DNA from: a virus
IMG/VR virus record: IMGVR_UViG_3300021185_003145
Location: 27,667 to 91,666 of that record
Reading direction: 5' to 3' (one strand)
DNA length: 64,000 bases
Positions 28,861 through 38,745 of this stretch are shown here, one piece after another. The notes below the pieces were generated by a model. The model searched no databases, was not told the DNA's origin, and saw only the letters and a program-made list of their open reading frames with translations. Each line of letters begins with the position of its first letter. The stretch's first letter is position 1. The position numbers were made by a program, and so were the translations under genes.

Positions 28861-31800
28861 TAACTTGCCTCCCCTATACTAAGCGAGGTAATACTTTGTC
28901 CACTTGTTAATGCAATTCTAACTAATACAACATTTCCTGTTGCGTTTGACATATTCTCACTACCCAATGTCATTGTGTATCCGCCACTTAAACTACTACC
29001 AGTTGGTATAACGTCTGCACCTGTACTTGCACCGCCGTCTACTCCGTTACCGCCGTTGCCTGTATCACTTCCAGGAACACCTGCACCTGCATACTGTGCC
29101 GTACCTGGAATCCAACCGTTTAATCCACTTGCACTATCAATTCCTGTTCCTGGTGCTGCAAACCAGACACCTGCTATACCAGAACTAGTGATGTTAAGAT
29201 CAAAATTAGCAACAACTTTTCTACGGAATGCAAAAGTAAAGTATTGCGTACCAGTATCGCCACTTCTATCAGGCCCTGCTGGTAAGTTAGTACTATGGTC
29301 AGTTACATCATATTTTAATGTTCCAAAAATAACACTTGCTTCTTTAGTTCCGCTAACTGTAGTTGCTCCTGCTGATGTGTACGGACTATTTGTATAAAAG
29401 TTTGTACTACCTGTATATGATGGAGTGTCAGTTGTATCACTTAAAAAGTCTTTAATTCTTACACCATCATCAGTAAGGTCACCATTACCTAAACTATCAG
29501 CAACTGGAATAGAAAACTCACTAATACCACTTGGTGTTTCACTTACTAATGTTATGACTTTATTTAATTCTGCGTAACTTCCATTACCATTTACATTGGT
29601 TGCTCTAAATTGGAGTTTTCTACTTGCAGTTACATTTGAACTTGTAAGTGTAATTGTTTGATCGCCTATTGCATATTTGCTACTACTGTTTAATCCTGTG
29701 TTTGCAGTTGGAACACTACTTACTAAGTAAGTACTTGCTCCTTCAAGATTAGCATATGATTTATACTGTGTTGAAATGATACTATCACTTGTACCACCAA
29801 CTGATGTACCATTAGCAATAGTAAAAACACTACTTGTATCTCTATACGTTTGCCCAATCCAGTTGTAAAGTTGAACACCACTTAATGTAAGTGTACTACC
29901 TGCACTGTAATAAGGAATACCTGAAATATAATTATATGTAACTGATCCTTCTGTAAGTGTTGCTCCACTTAAATCAACTGTTGGTGTACTAGTTACATTA
30001 TCAATAACAACAGATACATAATTTGTGTTTCCTGTTGTTGTGTGTTCAAGTCTTTGATCGTTTACACCAGCACTATAACTACCTGTTGCTTGTGTAATCT
30101 TTGCATCAAATGTTTGATAAAAACCTGTTGGGTATGTTGAACTACTAATTGTATCGTGTGCATCTCTTTGATCTGAAACTATAAGAGCACCTGTTGTACC
30201 TGTCTGATTAAGTGCAGTACTAAATGTTCTATTACCAGCATCTGCACCGTTTATAGTTGCAGTAAGTGTACCTGCAGTTCCATCATAGACGTTAGTAACA
30301 TTGTTAGTATCTATTGTTCCACTTGTATACCTTCTAGCAGTAGTTGTTGTTAGACTTGCTCCTGCACTTAGTGGATTGGTTGCACTATTATCTGTAAAGC
30401 CGTGTGCTAGTTTTGGACTTGTTCCTTGATAACTATCTTGTAATGTTAAACTTTCTGCACTTAATCCGTTTGGAGCAGACGGTACTGCATTAACTTGAAA
30501 TACTAAACTATCAGTATCTGTTTGTGCTGAAATATCCGGTGTTCCGTTTGCAGTAAAGTTTAATGTTTTGTTTCCTGTGCTTACTCCAGTAAAATCGTGT
30601 CCTAATGTTGCACCAATTGATCCAGCACTTGAACCGTCTTCAGTTACTGTATCGTTTGAACTGCCATCATTCCAGTTATAAACATAGTCATCTGCGTTTT
30701 GTGTTGTGTTAGTAACTGTAACTAATGCATGATTTACACCGTCATAAGTTACACCATCATATACGTCATATTGATTGTCACCGCTTCTATCACTAACTCT
30801 GTTAGCAGTTCCGCTAATGTTTGCTCTTACATCGGGCTCAACATGTACTGTAAAGTTTGTGCTTATAAACGGACTACCTGTATGGTTACTAGTAACACGC
30901 AAGTTACCTGTATAATCTTGTGGTGTTCCACTTGCTTGATCTGAACCACTTAGTGTATAAGTGTGACTTATTGTTCGCCCTGTATCGCCACTACCGTTGT
31001 TTCCTGTGTTTACTGTTTGTGTTGTGCCATCGCCCCATGTATACACATATTGAATTCCGTATGTACTATAGTTGCCTATTGTATTTTCTGTATTGTTTGT
31101 AAACGTAACCGGTAAGCCACTGGTTGCACTTTCGTTAATTCCTGTTGTGACACTTAATCCTACTGTTGGTGTGTGATCATCATATATTTTTACAACTGCT
31201 GAATCGTCAGTCGGTACTGCACTTGGTAACGCAGTACTATGAGAATCAAGTGTTAATTCAACTGTTCTACTTACTTCTGTTTCTGTGCTTGTAGCAAATG
31301 TATGTGCTAATCGTGTTCCTGTTACGCCACCTGCATCACTATCTGATGTTACAACATCATCACTTGAACCGTCGCCCCATGCGTATGTATACTGAACAGT
31401 TGCTCCAGTTGTATTTGTTGTATTGTTTTGAAAATATACTGTAGCACCATCGTCCCAATATGTAATTGGACTTCCGCCACTTGCCGCGGCATAGGCTGCA
31501 AAACTAACTACTGGGTCAGCAGTATAGATTGTAACATAACTTGTTCTTGCCTTTTGTGATGAACTTCCTGCACCTTCACCGCTGGTGTTACTTGCCGTAA
31601 CCGTAACTGTAAAAGGGCTTCCGGTGTTAGTTGCGTAAACGTGACTAGGAGTAGTAGACGAAGTTGTTGTATTAGATGTTCCGTCTCCCCAATCAATTAC
31701 ATATTGATTTGCATTACCATCTGAACTAATATTAAGAGTAACGTTCATACCAGCACCGCCGGTTAAAGGACTTCCTGTAAAATCTGCGTCTATCACTGCT

Positions 31801-32288
31801 GTATTATTAATAACGTTACGAGATAATTCATTTAAATCGTCAATTGAATTAGTAACTTTAGTTGCAGTAGTCCAACTATTAATTGCACCGTATTGTGTTA
31901 AACTTGAATCTGATGGTGTAGATAAATTAATATCCATTCCAGTAAAGGCTCCAGAGCCTCCGCCACCGCTTGTTGCTAAATTACCTAATGAATCCCAAGT
32001 TAAATTACCCGAGCCATCAGTGGTTAAAACATAGTCTGCACTTCCGCCACCAATAGTAATATTAGTTGCGTCTGTACCTAAGTCTAAGTCACCGGATACA
32101 CTTCTAATTGCAGATCCGCTAATCGTTACATTGTCTGCTTGTAATGTTGTTGTGGGGGTTGATGTTCCTATACCTATTCGACTGTTTGCTACGTCGAGGT
32201 ATAATAAATCTGTTTCAAATGATAAATCTGTGCCTAATCTCTCAAGATTATTCTTGAGCATAGCACCAGAAATTCTTCCTATTGCCAT
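28860..32288 (-). CDS. large virion protein with PKD/Ig-like repeats
   Basis: 1142 aa, Thr/Ser/Gly-rich; four Y..xW(G/N)DG...H.(Y/F) PKD-type motifs. Confidence 0.78.
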   Translation of the reverse strand: MAIGRISGAMLKNNLERLGTDLSFETDLLYLDVANSRIGIGTSTPTTTLQADNVTISGSAIRSVSGDLDLGTDATNITIGGGSADYVLTTDGSGNLTWDSLGNLATSGGGGSGAFTGMDINLSTPSDSSLTQYGAINSWTTATKVTNSIDDLNELSRNVINNTAVIDADFTGSPLTGGAGMNVTLNISSDGNANQYVIDWGDGTSNTTTSSTTPSHVYATNTGSPFTVTVTASNTSGEGAGSSSQKARTSYVTIYTADPVVSFAAYAAASGGSPITYWDDGATVYFQNNTTNTTGATVQYTYAWGDGSSDDVVTSDSDAGGVTGTRLAHTFATSTETEVSRTVELTLDSHSTALPSAVPTDDSAVVKIYDDHTPTVGLSVTTGINESATSGLPVTFTNNTENTIGNYSTYGIQYVYTWGDGTTQTVNTGNNGSGDTGRTISHTYTLSGSDQASGTPQDYTGNLRVTSNHTGSPFISTNFTVHVEPDVRANISGTANRVSDRSGDNQYDVYDGVTYDGVNHALVTVTNTTQNADDYVYNWNDGSSNDTVTEDGSSAGSIGATLGHDFTGVSTGNKTLNFTANGTPDISAQTDTDSLVFQVNAVPSAPNGLSAESLTLQDSYQGTSPKLAHGFTDNSATNPLSAGASLTTTTARRYTSGTIDTNNVTNVYDGTAGTLTATINGADAGNRTFSTALNQTGTTGALIVSDQRDAHDTISSSTYPTGFYQTFDAKITQATGSYSAGVNDQRLEHTTTGNTNYVSVVIDNVTSTPTVDLSGATLTEGSVTYNYISGIPYYSAGSTLTLSGVQLYNWIGQTYRDTSSVFTIANGTSVGGTSDSIISTQYKSYANLEGASTYLVSSVPTANTGLNSSSKYAIGDQTITLTSSNVTASRKLQFRATNVNGNGSYAELNKVITLVSETPSGISEFSIPVADSLGNGDLTDDGVRIKDFLSDTTDTPSYTGSTNFYTNSPYTSAGATTVSGTKEASVIFGTLKYDVTDHSTNLPAGPDRSGDTGTQYFTFAFRRKVVANFDLNITSSGIAGVWFAAPGTGIDSASGLNGWIPGTAQYAGAGVPGSDTGNGGNGVDGGASTGADVIPTGSSLSGGYTMTLGSENMSNATGNVVLVRIALTSGQSITSLSIGEAS

Positions 32289-32341
32289 TTTATTCTCTTC
32301 CTACACCACTGTTCATTCCCGGGTGTGCCTGGGTATAATGT

Positions 32342-32349
32342 TATTTATA
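32342..32349 (-). promoter_or_regulatory. late promoter TATAAATA
   Basis: exact consensus upstream of 32288 ATG. Confidence 0.7.
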
Positions 32350-32369
32350 CTTAGAAAACAAAAAGAAAT

Positions 32370-32813
32370 TTATATAGCAGTTACACTATCAAAACCTACA
32401 ATGCCGTAGATTCTATGTCCATTTGGTGGTGGACTTGTAAATGTAAGTGTTGTTGTGCCGGAAGTTGTATATGCTTGTCCTGGCTCTTGTACTACGTTTC
32501 CAACTACTATAACAACTGCTTGATCACTAATAGGTGCAGTTGCAAAGAAACTTGTAAATGCAGTTGTAGTTCCATCTCCTGTTACTACTGATGTTTTTGT
32601 AATTGCGGCATTTCCTGCGCCGGCTACGTTAGTGTATTGCGTTCCGTCATAAACTTCTAATACAGTATTATCGGTATTATATCTAATTTCTCCAATTAGA
32701 GGATCTGAACTTCTTTCTGCCGATGTACCAACTGCAAGTTGTGTACCTGCATCCAAAGGTCCTTTAATTAAATTAGATGATGGAATTGAAAACTGCTTTA
32801 TAAAGTTTGCCAT
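32370..32813 (-). CDS. virion structural protein
   Basis: 147 aa; GEIRYN and GDGTTTAF..VGNVVQEP modules. Confidence 0.72.
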   Translation of the reverse strand: MANFIKQFSIPSSNLIKGPLDAGTQLAVGTSAERSSDPLIGEIRYNTDNTVLEVYDGTQYTNVAGAGNAAITKTSVVTGDGTTTAFTSFFATAPISDQAVVIVVGNVVQEPGQAYTTSGTTTLTFTSPPPNGHRIYGIVGFDSVTAI

Positions 32814-32814
32814 T

Positions 32815-33123
32815 TTATATACCTACATGACTTACAGTTGCAGTTACGGCAGTACCTGCACTTGCTTTTGCATGAATACTATCGCCATTTGCTAACACAA
32901 TCTTTTCTAAGTTTAACATATATGTGTCTTTACCATTGATTGATAATTCTGAAATAAGTTGTGTAGTAGCCGATGCCGCTCCTGCATTTGGAACTGCATA
33001 AACATCAACTGTTACTGCTGATGCACTTGTATTACAAAAGAATATTACAGTTGTTGCAGTGTTTCCGGTACTGGTGTAAATTGCGGCAGTACTTGTTGTT
33101 AATTGAGCTTGTGCTAATGCCAT
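32815..33123 (-). CDS. small virion structural protein
   Basis: 102 aa beta-rich ORF (FCNTS, EKIVLANGDSI). Confidence 0.72.
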   Translation of the reverse strand: MALAQAQLTTSTAAIYTSTGNTATTVIFFCNTSASAVTVDVYAVPNAGAASATTQLISELSINGKDTYMLNLEKIVLANGDSIHAKASAGTAVTATVSHVGI

Positions 33124-33135
33124 TATTGTTACCTT

Positions 33136-33933
33136 TTAAAATATTAATCCAAAAGCAATCGCTTTTGATTTCGTTACTAGTTCGTCTGTTGAATCCTGAT
33201 TGGCAACAAAAATGCCACTTCCGCCATCACCTGGTGTTTTAGCATATAATCTTGTTTCACCTGCTTGTGCAGTCGGATTTGAACCTTGTTCAGTTAATGT
33301 TAGTACTTCAGCAGTTTTTACTTCACCTGTTCCGGTTGTTGCTAAAATTAAATCTTCATCTGTTGCACTATTACTAATGGTGTTTCCAGATATAGATACG
33401 TTTGCATAAGAAAGCGTAGTACTTGTAACTTCCATTACTTGTGTTGCATCAAGTTCAAGAAAGAGCCTTATATCAACGCCTGCATCAACAATTTCTAGTT
33501 TACTGTCACCTTCATTAATTTTATCAACTACTGCTCCGCCACCACCTACTTGTGTGTCAACGTAACTCTTTGTTGCTACGTGAGCTGCCGCGGTTGGATC
33601 TAATGCCTGTATGTTTATATATGCACTTCCAAGTTTAGCATCAAATGTATCGTCTGTTTCGTTAAACTGCCACGTTGCATTGTCAGATGTTCCTCTGTCA
33701 ATTTCAATACCTGCAGTTCCTGATGTAACAACTGCACCTGATTCTCCACTGTTTAATATAAGTGTGTTATCTGTAACGGCAGTATCTGTTGTCGATACTG
33801 TAGTTTGTGTACCAATTACATCTAAATTTCCGTTAATAGTTACTGTTCCAGAATCAATTAATACTGTTCCAGTTGTGCCATCATTTGTGATTAAATCATA
33901 ATCACCATTAATTCTTTTAGTCGTTTTTGCCAT
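33136..33933 (-). CDS. virion structural / fibre-associated protein
   Basis: 265 aa; GNLDVIGTQTTV, GIEIDRG, HVATKSYVD. Confidence 0.72.
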   Translation of the reverse strand: MAKTTKRINGDYDLITNDGTTGTVLIDSGTVTINGNLDVIGTQTTVSTTDTAVTDNTLILNSGESGAVVTSGTAGIEIDRGTSDNATWQFNETDDTFDAKLGSAYINIQALDPTAAAHVATKSYVDTQVGGGGAVVDKINEGDSKLEIVDAGVDIRLFLELDATQVMEVTSTTLSYANVSISGNTISNSATDEDLILATTGTGEVKTAEVLTLTEQGSNPTAQAGETRLYAKTPGDGGSGIFVANQDSTDELVTKSKAIAFGLIF

Positions 33934-33994
33934 TGTAATTCAGTCCTATATGCTATTTAGCATCTTATGACACGTTGTCTATATTACTTATGCT

Positions 33995-34024
33995 AAAATA
34001 AAGTTGCCCCCGAAGAGGCAACTC
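33995..34024 (-). terminator. Rho-independent terminator with UUCG tetraloop
   Basis: AGUUGCCUC-UUCG-GGGGCAACU then UUAUUUU. Confidence 0.85.
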
Positions 34025-34042
34025 TAAGTTATCTATTATAGA

Positions 34043-34501
34043 TTAAGCGTCTTCTGTAAAGTCGTCATCATCTGTGTTAGCAACGTCATCGTCACCTGCT
34101 TCTTCAAGTTTTACTTTACCTGCTGATGCAGCGGCAAAGTCCCACTTTAATGATAAACCGTCTAATGCATTAGAACCTGTTGCACTTGGTTGTGCGGCTG
34201 TTATCTTACGAGCAGTAATTTTACTTACGCCATAAGTTTCACTGTCGTTACCTGCAACTGAAATTGACATTTCACCTGCCGCTAGTGCAGATGCTAATTT
34301 ACCAGTTGTTAAAGTACAAGTGTGTGTTGTATCAGCAGTACCTGTTTCTGCACATACAAATTTCTTTGAACCTTTTTGCTTAATAATTGTACCTTCAACA
34401 ACAGATGAACCGTTATGAAAGTTTACTTTAATTTCGTTTTTACCAGCAGTTGCACCTGCAGCCGCAGTTGTAAAAAGTCTTTTATTTAGTGGACGTCCCA
34501 T
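34043..34501 (-). CDS. hypothetical virion protein (MGRPLNKR...) downstream of capsid gene
   Basis: 152 aa, AAGGAG RBS, own late motif at 34578-34583. Confidence 0.75.
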   Translation of the reverse strand: MGRPLNKRLFTTAAAGATAGKNEIKVNFHNGSSVVEGTIIKQKGSKKFVCAETGTADTTHTCTLTTGKLASALAAGEMSISVAGNDSETYGVSKITARKITAAQPSATGSNALDGLSLKWDFAAASAGKVKLEEAGDDDVANTDDDDFTEDA

Positions 34502-34588
34502 TTGTTTCTCCTTAGTTACGTTCTATGTAATACGGGGTTGGTTTCCCCATAAGTAAATGCTTGTGCATTTACAACTATATTTAGTCAC

Positions 34589-34615
34589 AAAAAAGCAGGG
34601 CCTAAGCCCTGCTTT
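34589..34615 (-). terminator. terminator after major capsid gene
   Basis: AAAGCAGGGC-UUAG-GCCCUGCUUUUUU. Confidence 0.88.
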
Positions 34616-34636
34616 ATGTTTAACATATCTTAGTTA

Positions 34637-35860
34637 TTAACTGAATGATAGGTTAGCAACTGAAATGCTACCTAAGTAATCAGCCGCGTTACCAAGAGAG
34701 TTTGATGTGTTTGTTAGTGTCTGATAACCATAACGTGTCATGAAACCAACTACTGGCTCTAGACTTGCTGGATCAAGCACAACACCTGAACTCATTAGTG
34801 GAACGTATGGGCAGTAAAATGCTGCTGCATCTGTTTCACTTGAACCTTTGTAACCAACTAGTACTGCTGTACTGTCGCCTGCATATGAGTCTACATAGAT
34901 TCTCATTGAAGAGTTTAATGTACCAACCATCTTTGTGTTAGTTGGTGCTTCAAAAGTACCTTCTGTAGTTCTAGCAAATGCTGATGTTGATGCACTTTGT
35001 AGTACTGTAAGTGCCTGTGGACTTACAACTGCCCAGTTACCTGCGCCTCTACGTGTTCTTTGTGCAATCTTGTTACCTACACGATTCATTAATACTGCTA
35101 ATGCGGCATGCTCATCACCTACGTATGTAGCTGTACCACTTACTGCAGCCTGATCGTATGCGGCTGTGTTGGCGCCAAATGCGGAACCTGTACCAGCAGC
35201 TGCTAATGCTCTTAGACTTACAAGAATCTCTTGGTCGATTTCAGCAGTAATTTCTTGTGCTAATGCAGCCATAATTTCTGCTTCTACATCGATACCGTGG
35301 ATGCTTTGTGCGTCTTGAGCTGATTCAAAAGTCCAACGAGCTGATAACTTACGAGTTTTCGCAGTTACTGTCTCTTTTAGAATTTCGATACTCATTGTGT
35401 TACCTGCTTTACCTTCTAAGTTAGCAGTTGCATCTGGGGCACCACTTGTACCACTATCGATACCTGAGTAACCTGCTGCGATTGCAGCTGGTGATAATGC
35501 TTCATCACCTGCACCTAGGTTTCCACCTGTTGAGTCTTGTAATTGTGTACCAGCATGGTCTGCCGCTGCATTGTACTTAACTCTTAGTGTGTGGATCTGT
35601 GAAACAGGTCCTGCCATTGGCTGAACACCAACGATTTCGTTAGCAATAACAGTTGGCATTACACGTCTGATTACAGGTAAAATTACCTTGTTTAGTACAC
35701 CAATGTCGCCGGCTGCAGTTGCACCTGCTGTTGCTGCTTCACTGATATATCTTTTGGTGTTTTCAAGAACAACACCCATATTCTTTCGCTTAGAACCTGC
35801 GAGGCCTTCTAAAAGGGCATCTTTTGTTTCGTCCCAGCGACTTTCGATTAAGTTAGACAT
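34637..35860 (-). CDS. gp23: major capsid protein (gp23-like)
   Basis: VIRRVMP, GVQPM.GP, AKTRKLSARWT.E..QD, EIDQEI, FYCPYVPL, TRYG. Confidence 0.96.
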   Translation of the reverse strand: MSNLIESRWDETKDALLEGLAGSKRKNMGVVLENTKRYISEAATAGATAAGDIGVLNKVILPVIRRVMPTVIANEIVGVQPMAGPVSQIHTLRVKYNAAADHAGTQLQDSTGGNLGAGDEALSPAAIAAGYSGIDSGTSGAPDATANLEGKAGNTMSIEILKETVTAKTRKLSARWTFESAQDAQSIHGIDVEAEIMAALAQEITAEIDQEILVSLRALAAAGTGSAFGANTAAYDQAAVSGTATYVGDEHAALAVLMNRVGNKIAQRTRRGAGNWAVVSPQALTVLQSASTSAFARTTEGTFEAPTNTKMVGTLNSSMRIYVDSYAGDSTAVLVGYKGSSETDAAAFYCPYVPLMSSGVVLDPASLEPVVGFMTRYGYQTLTNTSNSLGNAADYLGSISVANLSFS

Positions 35861-35886
35861 TTTTATCGTCTCCTAGTTAAAATGTA

Positions 35887-36969
35887 TTATAAACCTGCTA
35901 AACGCTTGATTTCGATGATTTTGCCCTCATCTGAATCCTGCTTGGTTTCTTTTTTATTACCAGTTACTTCTTTAGTTTCTGCTAAAACTTTATTAGTTGT
36001 TTTAGTGTCATTCTTAAGAACTGCTGGCAAATACTTGTTAAATGATGCATCTAAGCGATCAGTTGTAATTGACTCAAGTAATGAACCCATTACTTCTTTT
36101 TGATCTTTATTTAAAGGTGCCATCATCTTTGATAACATTGAATCGCGGGCAATACGATCTTTAATTCTACGAATTTCGGCTTCTTTACTTTCAACTAGTA
36201 CTGATTTCTCATCAATAGTTTTTGTAGATTCTGCCAACTTTGCATTTACTTCTTCAACTTGCTTTTGTAAGTCTTTGATATCTGCGTTTTCATTTAGATG
36301 TGAAGTTGCAAACTCTGCCGCAAAAGTTTCAAATAGTTTACGTCCGAAGTTATTCTGACGTGCTTGTTCGATATCTTCTTTAAGTTGAGTTAATTCGTTA
36401 TTGAGGTTCTCAGTTACTGTTTTCTGAACTAGTGTAGAAGCACGATCAATAAATTTAGTCTTTAATGACTCAATTTGTTTCTTTCCTTCTGCAACTAACT
36501 TAACCTTTGTTTCAACAACAGATTGCTTGTCCTTATGGAATTCGCTAATCTCTTCTGCTAAAGCATTAACCACAAACTTTTGTAACTTATCAAGTGTACT
36601 AGCCTGTGCTTTACGGTCTTCGTTTAGTTCTGCTAACTCTTCTGCTAATTTGGTAGCCATAAAGCCTTCAAATTTTTCTGACTTTGCAGTCATCTTAGCA
36701 TTAAAGTTGACACGGTCTTCTTCGAGCTTTGTGCGTTCTGCAACGACTTGTTCGATTTCAGACTGTAGTCCTTCAGTAACCATTTTGTCTAGAGCCTCAA
36801 CCATTGTGTTTTTATCATGCTCATAGCGTCTTGAAAATTCTTCTCTTAATTCAGAGCGAATCTCATCACGAGTTTCATTTAACTTGGATTCCCAGGCTTC
36901 TTGAATCTCGGTCTTAGTTTCTTCATTTACAATACCGCTGTCAAGCAATGGTTTGAGTGCGTCAAACAT
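35887..36969 (-). CDS. gp22: prohead scaffolding protein (gp22-like)
   Basis: coiled-coil 360 aa between protease and capsid; FGRKLFETF. Confidence 0.85.
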   Translation of the reverse strand: MFDALKPLLDSGIVNEETKTEIQEAWESKLNETRDEIRSELREEFSRRYEHDKNTMVEALDKMVTEGLQSEIEQVVAERTKLEEDRVNFNAKMTAKSEKFEGFMATKLAEELAELNEDRKAQASTLDKLQKFVVNALAEEISEFHKDKQSVVETKVKLVAEGKKQIESLKTKFIDRASTLVQKTVTENLNNELTQLKEDIEQARQNNFGRKLFETFAAEFATSHLNENADIKDLQKQVEEVNAKLAESTKTIDEKSVLVESKEAEIRRIKDRIARDSMLSKMMAPLNKDQKEVMGSLLESITTDRLDASFNKYLPAVLKNDTKTTNKVLAETKEVTGNKKETKQDSDEGKIIEIKRLAGL

Positions 36970-36974
36970 ATTGG

Positions 36975-37610
36975 TTAACTCCTTAGTTTAAGTTCTTTGA
37001 TTAGGCGTAAAGCCTCATCTCTTAAGTATTTTTGCACACGAGCATCTCCCTGTGCCTCTGCAGCTATTTCTAAAGTTTTATGACCATTTTTCATGTTCAG
37101 TAAACCCTCGTATATTGCAGTTGGGTAGGCGTTTGGAGCACTTGGTTGTGCAACTACGTCGACTGTGACGATTTCGAAGTCGCTTACTTCTCCCGAAGCC
37201 TCATTGACATTGCCACTACCGCGGCTTGATACTCCCAACTTGACGCCACTGTCTAGCATTGTTCGTACTAAACTCCCCATTGGCGTAGGAAGTATTTTTA
37301 ATTTACCATAACCGTTTGGACCATCCATCCATGCATCGGTTATCATATGACATACTCGATCTAAGTTGATCTTTAAGTCATCTGGATGATCGACTTCTCC
37401 TAATACCGAGCTGCCTTCAGTAATCTGTTCATTTAATGCCGAAACTGCCTTAGTAATTTCACTTACCGGGTAGTTACGTCCGTTTGCGTTAGTAACGCCA
37501 CCTTGAATGCAAATGCCTTTAAGGAACAAGTCCTTGCCGTCATCTGAACTTTCTGTAATCATGCGAGCTTGATCAAATGTCAAGTTCTCTTTCAAATATA
37601 CTGAAGTCAT
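36975..37610 (-). CDS. gp21: prohead protease (gp21-like)
   Basis: NANGRNYP, GEVDHP, GVSSRGSG, DVVAQPSAPNA. Confidence 0.93.
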   Translation of the reverse strand: MTSVYLKENLTFDQARMITESSDDGKDLFLKGICIQGGVTNANGRNYPVSEITKAVSALNEQITEGSSVLGEVDHPDDLKINLDRVCHMITDAWMDGPNGYGKLKILPTPMGSLVRTMLDSGVKLGVSSRGSGNVNEASGEVSDFEIVTVDVVAQPSAPNAYPTAIYEGLLNMKNGHKTLEIAAEAQGDARVQKYLRDEALRLIKELKLRS

Positions 37611-37621
37611 CTAAGTACTCC

Positions 37622-38386
37622 TTAGACTTTTTTCATGTCTGGCTTTGTTGTTCCACCCATGCTTTGTGATTTAGGTGTTGCTCCACCTTTTTCTTCTGCT
37701 GAACTAGAATTTTTGATTCCGCCCTTACCAGATTTTGCTACAGTTGATGTTGCATTATCATCATCACCACCTTTTGGTGCTGGTGCTTTTTCTGTATACT
37801 CAACTACAACTTCTTCTGATTCTTCAATAGCATCTTCATCAGTTTCTTCAGTTGCTTCTTCTACTGCTTCTGCTTCTTCTTCAGTTGCTTCTTCAATAGC
37901 ATCTTCTTCAACTGCTTCTTCTACTGCTTCTGCTTCTGCTTCTTCGACTGCTTCCATTTCTGGCTCGTCTTCAGAATCATCATTCATTAACTCAGCGAAT
38001 TCTGCCTTAAGTGCTTCAATTTCGTCGCCTAGTTCTGCTACCTTATCTTCGGTATCAACTACACGGTTTTCAATGTCGCCTTCTGCATGGTCTTCGTCAC
38101 TTGGAACGTCCATTGCATCATTAACTTCATCTTCTGCACCTTCGAGATCATCTTCATCGTCTTCTTCTCTAACGCCTTCTTCGTCTGCTTTGATATCGTC
38201 AATAAAATTATCAACTTCATCACTGCTTACTTCTTCTACAGAATCTTCTTCAACTGCTTCATCGTTGATTAAGTTTCCATAAATTTCACGAGAATTTTCA
38301 ATTACAATCTCATGAAAAAGCTCAGAGGCTTTATCTTCTTCTTCATTGACCACTAGGTCAATTAATTGTTTCCATTTATCGCTCAT
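37622..38386 (-). CDS. highly acidic prohead core protein (gp67/68-like position)
   Basis: 254 aa, E/D-rich with repeated AVEE/AIEE; between portal and protease. Confidence 0.7.
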   Translation of the reverse strand: MSDKWKQLIDLVVNEEEDKASELFHEIVIENSREIYGNLINDEAVEEDSVEEVSSDEVDNFIDDIKADEEGVREEDDEDDLEGAEDEVNDAMDVPSDEDHAEGDIENRVVDTEDKVAELGDEIEALKAEFAELMNDDSEDEPEMEAVEEAEAEAVEEAVEEDAIEEATEEEAEAVEEATEETDEDAIEESEEVVVEYTEKAPAPKGGDDDNATSTVAKSGKGGIKNSSSAEEKGGATPKSQSMGGTTKPDMKKV

Positions 38387-38524
38387 TTTCAGACTCCTAT
38401 TAGGATATGTTTTATTATGGTAGTAATATTTACTTATGTTTTCAATAAAGGTAGGTATAAAGGCAAAAAAGTAGCACTTTTTGACATTTATTTGGAGATA
38501 ACTATAACTTGAACTAAATCTAGT

Positions 38525-38731
38525 CTAATCTGACCCGCTGCCGCCACCGTATTGTAATTTTATACGTTTGAGCTTTTCATATTCTTCAAGTTTCTTTGCT
38601 TCACGAATACGACGCATTTTGTTGATTTGCTCTAAGGTCAAACGGCTTTTTCGAGTATCAGTAATTTCTAATGTACTGCTATCGCTTTCGCCATCTTGTC
38701 TATTCTTGTTAAAAAGATCATTTAGTTCCAT
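38525..38731 (-). CDS. small conserved-looking head-cluster protein (TRKSRLTLEQINKMR)
   Basis: 68 aa ORF with late motif at about 38778. Confidence 0.7.
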   Translation of the reverse strand: MELNDLFNKNRQDGESDSSTLEITDTRKSRLTLEQINKMRRIREAKKLEEYEKLKRIKLQYGGGSGSD

Positions 38732-38745
38732 GCTACTATTTACCT

